From Candidatus Bathyarchaeia archaeon (lineage in GTDB: Archaea; Thermoproteota; Bathyarchaeia; 40CM-2-53-6): DNA of 64,000 nucleotides. The notes under the pieces are model-generated. The model was not told the DNA's origin. It saw only the letters and a program-made list of their open reading frames with translations, and made no database searches. The first letter of the stretch is position 1, and each line of letters begins with the position of its first letter. The position numbers and the translations under genes are program-made. The stretch covers positions 64,001 to 128,000 of the forward strand of contig JBEKVV010000005.1 of NCBI GenBank assembly GCA_049513715.1, given 5' to 3'. Positions 20,355-29,814 of the stretch are shown here, piece by piece.

Positions 20355-21610
20355 GTTTCCTTCCTCCGGAGGGCGGATTTGATCGAGATCTCGGGTGAGA
20401 GCTCAATCACTTTTGCGTATCTTGCGATATCGAGCAGTCTCAACCTACGCTCGATGGAGAGAACTCTCCGTGCGATCATCTCGACTTCAGGCATACCCCC
20501 GTAATCCCCACCCAATGCCGGCGCAAGGCACAGCAGGCTGTAACCCCTGGCCGCAACGTTCGCGATGATGTCAATGACTTCCTCTCCTATGAGAGGCGAA
20601 ATGAAGACGATGATGGACCTCGAGGGGGCTACCGCAACGATGACCGACTGAACAGCGTACTCCATTGGAACAGTGGGACGCCCTGCTTTCGCGATCGCAA
20701 GGTTGTCGAGCAAACGGAGGAGCTGGCGTTTCCCAAACGCAGGGTCGACCCAAGTCCTTACGGCACCATAGACGGACAGCCCTACCCGGTTCCCTTGAAG
20801 AATCAGCTGCGAGCAAAGCGATGCCGCGAGGCTTACCTCAAATTCAACAGCATCATACTCGAAAAGCTTTGACAAAGCTCCCTCTGAACAGTCCAAGACA
20901 ACCAGGACATCAGTGACCTGCTCGCCTTCAAATTCGCTCGTCACAAGTCGCGCCAATTTCGCGGAAGCTTTCCAGTTGATCCGCCGGAGTTCATCTCCTG
21001 GTGAGTAGAGCCTCAGTCCGAAGAACTCACTCCCTAACCCTATGTTTCTTGATGGAACCATTCCTGGCCATGGGCCAACTCTCTTAGCTCTTAATTCAAT
21101 TGAACCTAGCTTCTCGAGGTTAGGGTAGATTCTCAGTTCACTTAATTCTGACAATTGGCCCCTGTACTCATGAAACCCCATAGCGTCGGACAATCGGAAT
21201 GATAGCGGACCTAGAACATAGCTTCCCCTCAATGGAGCGCATATCCGGTAGCAGTATTCTACCGTCTCTCCTGGTTTCAGAGATACTGCAATTTGCTTTG
21301 TTCCCGCTTCCAAAACGAGTGGCGGCGGGACCGAGTCTTCTAAGTAGACCGTATCGTATTTCTTGTTCGATTTGTTCTTCACCTGTACTGTGACGTCAAT
21401 GCTCTCCCCTCCAAAGGAGCGCGATGGATGCAGCTTTCTTGCAACACTCAATGGATCACGTTGGATTGTGCCTAAACCCGATGATACAAGAATGACGAAT
21501 GCTAACGGGATCACGAAGATCGTGATTATGGGTTCTCTAAGTACTAGGGCCAGGCCTATGAACCCGTATGCCAAAAGCAGGTGTGCTAAGCCCTTCCCAG
21601 TGAGTGGCAT
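20339..21610 (-). CDS. DUF58 / vWA-like MoxR partner
   Basis: EFFGLRLYSPGDELRRINWKASA, VLDCS; ATG lies within the island's left direct repeat. Confidence 0.88.
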   Translation of the reverse strand: MPLTGKGLAHLLLAYGFIGLALVLREPIITIFVIPLAFVILVSSGLGTIQRDPLSVARKLHPSRSFGGESIDVTVQVKNKSNKKYDTVYLEDSVPPPLVLEAGTKQIAVSLKPGETVEYCYRICAPLRGSYVLGPLSFRLSDAMGFHEYRGQLSELSELRIYPNLEKLGSIELRAKRVGPWPGMVPSRNIGLGSEFFGLRLYSPGDELRRINWKASAKLARLVTSEFEGEQVTDVLVVLDCSEGALSKLFEYDAVEFEVSLAASLCSQLILQGNRVGLSVYGAVRTWVDPAFGKRQLLRLLDNLAIAKAGRPTVPMEYAVQSVIVAVAPSRSIIVFISPLIGEEVIDIIANVAARGYSLLCLAPALGGDYGGMPEVEMIARRVLSIERRLRLLDIARYAKVIELSPEISIKSALRRKETWRTN

Positions 21611-21641
21611 TTTACCTTACCTTTATAGGTATTGTAGTTAT
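21603..21641. repeat. left attachment site (core AGTGGCAT + arm TTTACCTTACCTTTATAGGTATTGTAGTTAT)
   Basis: Arm matches the reverse complement of 37626-37656 at 25/31 positions. Confidence 0.8.
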
Positions 21642-21672
21642 ATCAGGTCTTAGGGCTTCCGGGGCTAATTGA

Positions 21673-22902
21673 ATGATCGATGAGATGTATGAGCTTTGGC
21701 TCAAGACTCTGAGACCGTCAACTAGAAAGTCGTATGGGGCTATACTTAGGCGATTATTCAAGCTAACCAACCTAACCCCACAGCAGGCTCTCAGTAGAGT
21801 GAAGGCTGAGGGCAGGAAGAACAGCGCTACTACGTATGTTCTGCTGCAAAACCAAGCCAGAGCCAACCTAACCGAACGAACCGCATACATCGGCATATTC
21901 GCCCTACGCCGATTCCTTTTCGACAACGGAGTAATGCTTCTACCGCCTACTAGATTGTCTACGCCTAGAAGAGTCAAGCCCAGTACGAATATGACCTGGG
22001 AGCAAGCCAACAGAATCTGTGACGCAGCCAGCAAACCCTACAACCTGATCCTAAAGCTAATGTTGCATTGCGGCTGGGGAATCGGAGAATTCCTCAAATT
22101 CAACTCGGAGGATACATGGAACACAATAAGGTCCTATGTTGCAAGGAATCCTCAAGCCGAATACTTCCGATTCAACTACTCAGGCCGCAAAACAAGCCAA
22201 CAAGAATTCTACGCACTCGTGCCAATGTTCATGATTCAGGAAATCATGAGCACCATACCAGTGCCTATCAGAGCCACGCATGGATTCTCAGGCAACAAGA
22301 AAGGAAAGCTGACTAAAGCTGAGGGCATAATCATCGACACCTCACACTACGCCTCATCAACCAAGTACATCGAGCAAGCCTTCAAAACAGCTCTAAAACG
22401 TGCACCCATAGTCGTTCAGGGTACACCGTCAGTACACGAACTTAGGGACACGTTCAGAACTAGAGCAACATTCGTAGAATGCGCTGCGGAAGCAGTGGAA
22501 TTCGCGATGGGTCACACAATAGACCCCCTTGGATACAACAAGGCATACTATGACGAAAAATGGGCATGGACAAACCTCAACAAAATCTACGGACCATCAT
22601 CAGTCAACGAACAACAACTCAAATCAGTACAATTAGAAGCCGAACGAGTCAAACAAGAAAATGAACTACTCAAAACCACAATAATCGAAGCTTTGAGCGC
22701 TCAAAGAGAACAAACAGAAAAACGATACAATGAACTACTCAAGGTCAAAGTAAAACAACTCGGCGTAAGCGTTGAGGGCGATTTGCCCAACCGTCTAATG
22801 ACCCCCGCCATGAAAGAACTACAAACCGAATACGACCGCCTAACCAAACAGCTCACTAACTTGGGTGCAATCAAGAAAGTTGACCGGGTTGCAACAACAT
22901 AA
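21673..22902 (+). CDS. tyrosine recombinase/integrase, atypical box I, coiled-coil C-terminal tail
   Basis: LMLHCGWGIGE (GxRxxE position), HELR, MGH, GYNK catalytic Tyr. Confidence 0.82.
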   Translation: MIDEMYELWLKTLRPSTRKSYGAILRRLFKLTNLTPQQALSRVKAEGRKNSATTYVLLQNQARANLTERTAYIGIFALRRFLFDNGVMLLPPTRLSTPRRVKPSTNMTWEQANRICDAASKPYNLILKLMLHCGWGIGEFLKFNSEDTWNTIRSYVARNPQAEYFRFNYSGRKTSQQEFYALVPMFMIQEIMSTIPVPIRATHGFSGNKKGKLTKAEGIIIDTSHYASSTKYIEQAFKTALKRAPIVVQGTPSVHELRDTFRTRATFVECAAEAVEFAMGHTIDPLGYNKAYYDEKWAWTNLNKIYGPSSVNEQQLKSVQLEAERVKQENELLKTTIIEALSAQREQTEKRYNELLKVKVKQLGVSVEGDLPNRLMTPAMKELQTEYDRLTKQLTNLGAIKKVDRVATT

Positions 22903-23251
22903 CCAATGGAGGATTAGTATTGACCGAGTTCACTTCGAGGGCTTTTGAGCTCCATAACTACCACCCCTCTCTGAGACAACCAGCAAAGCAGAAAACTGAT
23001 TATTCCCAATCAACCTTACCCATCTATCTGAGATGAAAGAAGATTTGTCAGCCATTCACCCAAATGAGCCGAGAGCATTCCTTGAACAAGAAATGGCCAA
23101 ATTACAGGCAGAACTACTCAATCAGAAAACCGAAAGACACACGACAGGTAACATAAGCAGTCGAACTGGCTTCGATCATGCAGACATTTTCTCTGGTAAC
23201 TTAACGTCTTCGACTGCTGTGGATTGTTGTAACAAATCCTCTTTTCCACAA

Positions 23252-23389
23252 CTACATACGCCCACACATGGCACTGAAAGGTAAAACACTTGCCGAAACT
23301 GGTCGAATGATTTTCAGATCGGCTCCACAAGTTGGGCAATACGAAAGGCCGGAGTCAACTTGAGCCCCACAGTTGTAGCAGAATCCCAA
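23252..23389 (-). CDS. small zinc-ribbon protein or fragment (45 aa)
   Basis: Manual translation MGFCYNCGAQVDSGLSYCPTCGADLK...; below the ORF-track cutoff. Confidence 0.5.
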   Translation of the reverse strand: MGFCYNCGAQVDSGLSYCPTCGADLKIIRPVSASVLPFSAMCGRM

Positions 23390-23451
23390 CTGGTTACCTT
23401 CTCTTGACCTCGTCCTTTCTTAGAACCTTGCAATAGAAATGCATAGTGAGC

Positions 23452-23919
23452 CTATGCAGAAGGTGCATACGTTTTGCAGTTCTCACAATACCATCTCTGA
23501 TACTGTGAGACCCATGACATCGGCCTGCCACAGTTTGTGCAATAGTAAGGGGATGCAGGTGTTGGAGGTGGAGGCAGCTTCTTCTCTTTTCTCACAAGAG
23601 CGATTATTCCGGCAACCAGAAGCAGTAGAGCCCCAACCCAAAGCCCCAATGCAACGAAGAGGCCCAGCAAACCACTGCCAACCATCATTATGCCTGCAGC
23701 CTTCGGGTGGCTTTTGACGAAAGCAACTCCCACTAGTCCGATAATCGACAGCACGGCTCCTGCGACTGCCCCTTCTGCCACAGCCATACCGGCTCGAAGA
23801 CCGAATGCTCCAATCAAACCTCCAAGGAAAAAGAGACCTGGAGCAACGACAATTCCTAGAATCCCACCGATGAGGCCTATGATAAATTCGGCAGTTCTTT
23901 CAGCCAATCCCAAGGTCAC
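23452..23919 (-). CDS. membrane protein (DUF4064-like) with C-terminal zinc ribbon
   Basis: Four Gly-rich TM segments, poly-Pro linker, CTNC...WYCENC. Confidence 0.7.
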   Translation of the reverse strand: MTLGLAERTAEFIIGLIGGILGIVVAPGLFFLGGLIGAFGLRAGMAVAEGAVAGAVLSIIGLVGVAFVKSHPKAAGIMMVGSGLLGLFVALGLWVGALLLLVAGIIALVRKEKKLPPPPTPASPYYCTNCGRPMSWVSQYQRWYCENCKTYAPSA

Positions 23920-23972
23920 CTGCTAGGGTCTTGCAATACGAACATGAATTCATCTCTGTCCTGCAATCTCGA

Positions 23973-24935
23973 TTAGGCGCAAGAGTAAGCTCTGGGAAGT
24001 ATGTCAAATGTGAAAGAATTACCAGCCACTGTCATAATTTCGACTCCATAACCAGTACCTTGCTTGAGGTTGACTGGAACCAAGACTTCTGTCCAGTGTC
24101 CTGCTACGAGAATCGTTTTCTCATTTGAGACAACTGTGCCGTTCAAGAGAATTTTATCGATAGTCACGTTATACGCTCCCTCATTCTTGATTTCCAAGCG
24201 TGCTTTCTCATCGACCATTTGACAGGACTCAAGGCTGAGTTTCTCGTACACCTGAACACTTTGGTCGATTCCTTTCACGTCGAGGAGAAAAGTTACGTCA
24301 CAGTTTGCTGTGGAGCCCATACAAGTCGAATAGTATCTCACTTCAGTTGGGCTGGTGGTGGTCAGAATCATGAAAGTCAGTTCGCTGTCTATTTCTTCCT
24401 CAGGTTTGATGGAGTTCACGAGCGAGAAGGGGGTGTCTTTCGCTTCGTAAACGTAGCCTTTGTCCACAGTGACTTCCCATTTCGAGAAGATAGAGAATAG
24501 ACTGGTCTCTCTATTTCCCATATTCCTGGCATGAATCGACAGCAAAAGGAATTTGTATCCCTGGTCTGCCCAAGTGTAATCGTATCCCAAAGTGAGTCTT
24601 GCTGAAGTGAAGGTAAACTGTACAGGCACTTCATCGCTCCCCATTTTCATATTGAATGGTTCACCTATTCGGATTAAACTGCCACTTTGAAGTTCTGTCG
24701 TTGTTTCAGCGGTCGTAGACGTACCAATATTCCGTGGCGTGCTAGATGCAGCCATTATGACCCCGATGAACAACACTACTATGACGATAACCAGAATGTT
24801 CCTCTTAGTATGGGAAGCCTTTCGAGCTGCACTCATGACAGGTGGTGGTACAGCTGCAGCGAGTGCTGTCCCACAGTACGTGCAGAACTTGGTTTCTGGG
24901 GGAAGTTCTTTCCCGCATTTCCAGCAGTGAGGCAA
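23973..24935 (-). CDS. zinc-ribbon/TM/DUF4352-like extracellular protein
   Basis: CWKC..CTYC, one TM, Thr-rich linker, Ig-like beta domains. Confidence 0.7.
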   Translation of the reverse strand: MPHCWKCGKELPPETKFCTYCGTALAAAVPPPVMSAARKASHTKRNILVIVIVVLFIGVIMAASSTPRNIGTSTTAETTTELQSGSLIRIGEPFNMKMGSDEVPVQFTFTSARLTLGYDYTWADQGYKFLLLSIHARNMGNRETSLFSIFSKWEVTVDKGYVYEAKDTPFSLVNSIKPEEEIDSELTFMILTTTSPTEVRYYSTCMGSTANCDVTFLLDVKGIDQSVQVYEKLSLESCQMVDEKARLEIKNEGAYNVTIDKILLNGTVVSNEKTILVAGHWTEVLVPVNLKQGTGYGVEIMTVAGNSFTFDILPRAYSCA

Positions 24936-25086
24936 GTCCCACTACACCATCTGAACCTACCTTGTCACGGTCTTAAGATTTTGCTTTTGCCTGATGGCAA
25001 AGAGATAAGTCTGCAGAAGCCTCAATGAACCTATGCCATATTGTCCAAACTGTGGCAAACTCTCGCCGAATTCAAAACGTATCCAC

Positions 25087-25617
25087 TCAAATGCTCTTGA
25101 GAAACGGGTTTTCAGGAAAGTACTCAGCAAAGGCATTGGTCTTCTCATCAAATTGTGCTAGGCTGAAGGTTCTGTATTCTCCTATATGGAGCAACGAGAA
25201 GATCACTTTTGACAGTCTCTTCAATTCCTCGGGAATCTCTTCCGTTGTAACAAGAAGAGCATACTTGGCATCGAAGAGCTCAGCGTACTTCTTGGTTTGA
25301 TAGATATCATCGAGTTTCAATTTCTCCGCCTTGACTTCAACAACGACGAATCCCACTTCATATTGTTCCTTAATGAAGCCAGTAATGTCAGGTGCCGCAT
25401 CTTTCAGAAAGAGGAAGATTATATCTCTATTAGAATTGACCTGAGACTTCAGTTTGTTGCTGAATGTTTTGTCAGCAGTAATTTCTAGATGTAACTCTTC
25501 AAACTTGGTCTTCAGTGTTTCAAAGAGCAAGGCCTTAACGGGCTCGTAGAGCCTGCGTTCTTTCTTGGTATCGTCTGTTCCCTTGGGCATACCACAACAG
25601 GTTACACGAGGGGCCAT
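25087..25617 (-). CDS. PD-(D/E)xK restriction-endonuclease-like protein
   Basis: E...PDITG...VEVK...Q..KY motif order; start may be 25590. Confidence 0.7.
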   Translation of the reverse strand: MAPRVTCCGMPKGTDDTKKERRLYEPVKALLFETLKTKFEELHLEITADKTFSNKLKSQVNSNRDIIFLFLKDAAPDITGFIKEQYEVGFVVVEVKAEKLKLDDIYQTKKYAELFDAKYALLVTTEEIPEELKRLSKVIFSLLHIGEYRTFSLAQFDEKTNAFAEYFPENPFLKSI

Positions 25618-25704
25618 CTAACTCTTATGAGTTGAGAGGACATAGTGTTCTGAGGAAACATCAACGCTACTGTTGCTAACGTAGCCTTCTTCCTCCGTGG
25701 TTAT

Positions 25705-25788
25705 CTTAAGATTCTCTTGGAATTTGTGCAACGGGACGAAGGGTTACAAGCGGGAAATTGCTTGTGTGAGGGAGATTGGAGCGAACAC
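25705..25788 (+). repeat. dispersed repeat family R1, copy 1 (CTTAAG-N31-GGTTAC-N31-GAGCGAACAC)
   Basis: 66/84 identical to 26733-26816 without gaps; last 22 nt identical. Confidence 0.85.
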
Positions 25789-25818
25789 CGATTCGGTCTC
25801 AGCACCTAATGTTCCTGT

Positions 25819-26673
25819 TCAGCTTAAGACAGCCGCAACATTCTTGAAATGTGTTTTTGCGACGTTAGCAAGTATTTCTTTGGAAACAGTTTCGGGCTTA
25901 GCTCCTCTCAATTGCACACCGTATTTTCGCTCTAGGTCAGCAACTCGATGTTCGAATTCTTCCTTAGCAAGTATGCTCGCTACTGAGACTGGAATTTCTG
26001 TATCACCAGACGGAGTTTGGAAAACCTCTAAGTTGGAACTCTTATCGGATACATGAGCCGTGGTAAGGAGTCTCAGTTCGGTCTTCTCAACATCAAACTT
26101 GTCTATGAGTATCTTTATTCGACGTTCACCCAACTCAGCAAGGACTCCACGAATCGCAGAAGCGTGGGCCCATGCCAAGAGGTCGTTAAGCGATTTTCCT
26201 TCCATTTTGAACTCTTTGCATAATTGATTATATTTCTCCGGCATGAGGGTTAGCACATTCTTCGTAAATGATTCACGGGCTATTTCCTGTGCTAGCTTCA
26301 TCAAGCGACTTCGTTCAATCTCCTTGCTGTCTCGAACTCCGAGTTCTCTCATGCGGGTGATTTGATTTGGCGTCATTGCGATGCAGGCAACAACTAAGGG
26401 TCCATACCATTCTCCCTTGCCAACCTCATCTGAACCAACCAGATAGTCGTAGGAAGCTTCCGCAGTCAGGATTTCTTTGAGAAGCTTGCGAGTATCACGA
26501 GCATTATTGTGAACAATTTTCCCGGATTTATACACAATAAGTTGGATGTCGCCATCAGAGACCCTCAGAGCTTCATGTTGACTCTTTGGCTCGACTTTCT
26601 TCAAATTGGAACGTAGGATTTGTTTCTTGAGTTTGTCGAGTTCTACATTTGAGAGCGCAATGGAAACCGGCAC
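25819..26673 (-). CDS. rnhC: ribonuclease HIII-like protein (N-terminal TBP-like domain + RNase H fold)
   Basis: LIVYKSGKIV N-domain, GSDEVGKG..YGPLVVA, GVRDSK, IDKF, VSVASILAK, AKTHFKN. Confidence 0.75.
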   Translation of the reverse strand: MPVSIALSNVELDKLKKQILRSNLKKVEPKSQHEALRVSDGDIQLIVYKSGKIVHNNARDTRKLLKEILTAEASYDYLVGSDEVGKGEWYGPLVVACIAMTPNQITRMRELGVRDSKEIERSRLMKLAQEIARESFTKNVLTLMPEKYNQLCKEFKMEGKSLNDLLAWAHASAIRGVLAELGERRIKILIDKFDVEKTELRLLTTAHVSDKSSNLEVFQTPSGDTEIPVSVASILAKEEFEHRVADLERKYGVQLRGAKPETVSKEILANVAKTHFKNVAAVLS

Positions 26674-26732
26674 ATCAAGTCCCTTGATATAGCATGTCCA
26701 TAGAACGAACTCATTATTTTTCCATTGGATAC

Positions 26733-26816
26733 CTTAAGAATCTCCTGAAAATTGCGTAGCTGAGTGAAGGGTTACACTCGGATAATCGCTTGGTTGAGGG
26801 AGATTGGAGCGAACAC
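26733..26816 (+). repeat. repeat family R1, copy 2
   Basis: Direct copy 1028 bp from copy 1, bracketing the RNase HIII gene. Confidence 0.85.
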
Positions 26817-26836
26817 TCTAGTGCATTTGCTCAAGG

Positions 26837-27181
26837 CTAGCGTGTTAGGAGGCTTCTGAAGTAGGGGTGCATGTGTTTGTTCTTGTGTGTGCTGAAGTTA
26901 GCGAGGTTGAGGTGGGCTTGGGGGAATTGTTCGGTTAGGTCGGAGTAGGTCCACCCTGAAATTAGCATGGTATCGATTTTCTCGCATGTTTCCGGTTCGA
27001 GTTTGCCTATCTTGCATTTTCGTGGGCATCGACTGTAGGCTCTTCCTGATTTTATGTTTTCATTTTCGGGCTTGGTCCACGTGTACTTTCCACACTCAAG
27101 ACAGATAAGAAGCCGGTTGTGTTGAAACGAAGAAAGATAGTTCTCTATGTGATTGCAGTGTGCGCATGCAATAGTTACCAT
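26837..27181 (-). CDS. Cys/His-rich putative Zn-binding DNA-binding protein
   Basis: CAHC, CLEC, CPRKC, helical segment, HKNKH. Confidence 0.55.
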   Translation of the reverse strand: MVTIACAHCNHIENYLSSFQHNRLLICLECGKYTWTKPENENIKSGRAYSRCPRKCKIGKLEPETCEKIDTMLISGWTYSDLTEQFPQAHLNLANFSTHKNKHMHPYFRSLLTR

Positions 27182-27235
27182 TGTGGATTCGCCCTTCGAC
27201 GGTGATTTCGGGAATTGTTGTTGAATCTTGATTTC

Positions 27236-27336
27236 GTTCAGTTTTCTCTCTCCTGCATTAGTATATCACATCCACAATAGAATATGATGAAAAGTACGCT
27301 CTTATCGATTTCAGAGGGTTTGTGAGAACTGGAAAA
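27236..27336. repeat. duplicated promoter/5' region (family R3); other copies 30734-30790 and ~31026-31125
   Basis: GTTCAGTTTTCTCTCTCCT..GCATT.GTATATCACATCC.CAATAG shared with 30734; CTTATCGATTTCAGA.GGTTTG.GAGAACTG 29/31 identical to 31091-31121. Confidence 0.8.
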
Positions 27337-27473
27337 CCATCAGCGGATTCGAGGTTACTTCCGGAAAAGAAGATAGTGCGGTTGAACCCTTCCTTCGTAC
27401 TGGAAACGGGTTTTCAGAAAGTAAGATAAGTGAATCTTGGTGACAATGTTATGGAGTTAGGCGGTACAGAATA

Positions 27474-27716
27474 ATGCCGAAAATAACGCCGGAAAAGGAT
27501 AACGAAGCTCTGTACAAAAGGCTTGTAATCATCTCCAAACTTCTGGCTATGAGTTTGGTAAAAGATATCAAATCTCAACAAGAAAGAGTGAAGCTTCTCG
27601 ATGAGGCAGGACTGAGCCCGTATGAGATAGGAGATCTGCTCGAGATTAAACCCGTGACGGTTAGTGTGACTCTGTTCAACATTAGAAAGAAAGCGAAGAT
27701 GAAAAAAGGTAAATAA
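27474..27716 (+). CDS. small HTH protein (paralog 1)
   Basis: KRLVIISKLL...GLSPYEIGDLLEIKPVTVSVTL. Confidence 0.7.
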   Translation: MPKITPEKDNEALYKRLVIISKLLAMSLVKDIKSQQERVKLLDEAGLSPYEIGDLLEIKPVTVSVTLFNIRKKAKMKKGK

Positions 27717-27740
27717 GCTGCCCTTTGAGGCTTTTCTTGA

Positions 27741-28259
27741 TTGCCTCGGCCACAACCGACTCCTGTTGACAATCCGATAGTTGTTTTTGTAAGTTCGAGT
27801 CAAAGAGAATTCCAGCAACTTCGAGATTATCTTAAGCTAATTCTTGAAGAAGACGACTTTCTGCGTAGGGGAATGGTCAAGGTCGAACTTGCTGAAAGGC
27901 GGAGTGGTGAGCGCATCCGAGGAGATATTTCTCAGGCCCTAAGCAACTCATCTATTTACGTTGGGATTTTTGGAAACAGATACTCTCCAATTACGATTGC
28001 GGAATATTTCGAAGCACGGCGCTGCGGATTGCCTCTAGTAATTTTCGATATGGTCAAGACAGGAAGTCGAGACAGGCGTGTTAGGGTATTTCTCTCCGAT
28101 CAAGTTAAGGAGAAGGATGATTGCCGCTTGACTGAAATACGTTTCAGACCATCTAAGAGCGAGTCGGTAGCGTGGTTGATTTGTCAGAGAGTGGCTAATA
28201 CGATTGCTAATCTTGTCCGGGAGGATGTTGAGGTGAGGAAGAAAGTCCACCCACAGTAG
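27741..28259 (+). CDS. DUF4062 (TIR-like) domain protein
   Basis: VFVSS....LR, SSIYVGIFGNRY, TIAEYFEA...LP. Confidence 0.75.
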   Translation: MPRPQPTPVDNPIVVFVSSSQREFQQLRDYLKLILEEDDFLRRGMVKVELAERRSGERIRGDISQALSNSSIYVGIFGNRYSPITIAEYFEARRCGLPLVIFDMVKTGSRDRRVRVFLSDQVKEKDDCRLTEIRFRPSKSESVAWLICQRVANTIANLVREDVEVRKKVHPQ

Positions 28260-28349
28260 AATAAGGGATTTCGGGGATGTGATGAGAAATATGTCGGGAC
28301 TTAGAAAGTGAGATAAGAGACGACCTAGGTTCGGTACTCTGAGTGTGTC

Positions 28350-28574
28350 TTGCCAAAGACTGCTGAAAAGGAACGAGATGCGATAACAAAACGACTTGAT
28401 GCAATCATAAGGCTTCTGATGGAAGACCAGATTAGCCTTGGCAAAGCGACAAAAGGAAAGTTGTTGTTGCTATTGAAGTCCAGTGGGCTCTCCACGGGAG
28501 ATATCGCATTGATTGAAGGAAGAGCTTCTAAGGACGTAGCTAGTACGATGCGCAAGGCCAGGAGTGGAAGATAG
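28350..28574 (+). CDS. small HTH protein (paralog 2)
   Basis: KRLDAIIRLL...GLSTGDIALIEGRASKDVASTM. Confidence 0.7.
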   Translation: MPKTAEKERDAITKRLDAIIRLLMEDQISLGKATKGKLLLLLKSSGLSTGDIALIEGRASKDVASTMRKARSGR

Positions 28575-28578
28575 ACCG

Positions 28579-28746
28579 ATGAGTGAAAAAGAATTGAGAG
28601 AATTGATGGATATCAAGAAGCTCCTTATACTGAATCTTCTCCGGCTTGACGTACCTGCGGAATCGATAGCCGAACTACTAGGCATGGATAAGGGAAACTT
28701 CAGTCGGGAATTCCCTGTGAGAAAACTCCTGAAACCAAAGAAATGA
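28579..28746 (+). CDS. small HTH protein (paralog 3)
   Basis: RELMDIKKLLIL...VPAESIAELLGMDKGNFSR. Confidence 0.65.
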   Translation: MSEKELRELMDIKKLLILNLLRLDVPAESIAELLGMDKGNFSREFPVRKLLKPKK

Positions 28747-28760
28747 GCTTTCGACTGTAA

Positions 28761-29021
28761 GAAAAGGCTGGGAATCTAGCAACGGGACTCGATGCGGATA
28801 CTTGGGCACGAAGAAAGGTCGAGGAAAGTATCAAGGAATACGCATTAGGCGTATGGGAAAGGGCTAATCTGGAATGGGTAATTGGTGAAGTACATTTCGC
28901 TATCGATAAGATGCACGTTCCTGCGAATGAGATTCTAGTTATGCTTTCTAAGATTGAGAGTTCTGCAAGTGATGAGGGAAGGACACGGCTTAGCGAGCTG
29001 CGTTCCCGTTTGAAGCTCTAG
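28761..29021 (+). other. 86-codon open frame lacking an early canonical start (possible small gene or pseudogene)
   Basis: Manual translation ..LATGLDADTWARRKVEESIKEYALGVWERANLEWVIGEVHFAIDK...RLSELRSRLKL*; helical-looking, co-oriented with the HTH cluster. Confidence 0.35.
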
Positions 29022-29143
29022 GCCTCTAGGTGTTACTCAGGTAACTAGGTATTATCTGAAGAGGGTGGATTCTGATTATTTTGCTGAAGTATGAATAGCC
29101 GAGTCGATATCGCTATCGTCGATTTTGCAACTAACACGATGTT

Positions 29144-29554
29144 CTAGAAGAATATGGGAGGCATGCGAGGCTTACTGTTCCTCAGCCGTAGGACCATGGA
29201 TATCGACAGCAATTGAATCAATAACTGCGTAGCGTGGATTGCGTCAAGAGTTAGAGATATCGTGGCTAGCTCTTCCGCACGTGCGGCGTTCGCTGCATTA
29301 TAGTATAGCGGTGGGCTCAATGAGTCTGCTATGACGTAGTTGTCCGAGACTGATATATTTGTGGAGTTAAGGCCGTTTGGGAGGGTGATGACCGTCTCGG
29401 TCGACGGTGGAGTTGGACTTGGGACAATCAGCGGTGTTGGAGCGGTCGCAAGGAAGCGGTAACTCATATTTTGATAGTATAGTTCTCCCGCTTTTAGGCC
29501 AACAGTAGTAGTAGCGAGTAGAAGTAGGAACACAATTTCCCTTTTCCGCCTCAA
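29144..29554 (-). CDS. hypothetical membrane/secreted protein
   Basis: N-terminal signal-like segment, Pro/Thr linker, C-terminal hydrophobic helix. Confidence 0.45.
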   Translation of the reverse strand: MRRKREIVFLLLLATTTVGLKAGELYYQNMSYRFLATAPTPLIVPSPTPPSTETVITLPNGLNSTNISVSDNYVIADSLSPPLYYNAANAARAEELATISLTLDAIHATQLLIQLLSISMVLRLRNSKPRMPPIFF

Positions 29555-29729
29555 GAGAGAACGCCTTTAGGAATCCGATGATGTCAGTCGTATTTATGGT
29601 GTACCCTTAATGGAACAATACTGTTCAGGATATCTTTTAGTTGTAAGGTGTCAGGATTTCGAGTGTTCTGGAATGGCACTCAGGAGTCTTGTTTTGGGAT
29701 TCGTCCGGAGCCTATGTTCGTCATCTGAG

Positions 29730-29814
29730 CTTAAGGAATGTTGAAATTCCTGCCAATGTCCGAAGCGGGTTACTTGACTCTAGCCCTCTCTGTGCAGGAG
29801 ATTCGAGCGAACAC
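29730..29814 (+). repeat. repeat family R1, copy 3
   Basis: CTTAAG-N32-GGTTAC-N31-GAGCGAACAC with GGAGATT. Confidence 0.75.

Noticed and set aside
21612..22034. 140-aa minus-strand ORF
   Set aside because: Antisense shadow of the integrase with no motif.
25033..25161. MPYCPNCGK... zinc-ribbon start on the plus strand
   Set aside because: Only one CxxC before running antisense into the nuclease gene; at most a truncated remnant.
25101..27423. 15-nt exact match GAAACGGGTTTTCAG at 25101 and 27403
   Set aside because: Only two copies, one inside a CDS, with little extended similarity; chance or a tiny remnant.
29026..29049. Short palindrome GTTAC-TCAG-GTAAC flanked by CTAGG
   Set aside because: Could be a terminator or site between convergent genes, but too short to support a call.
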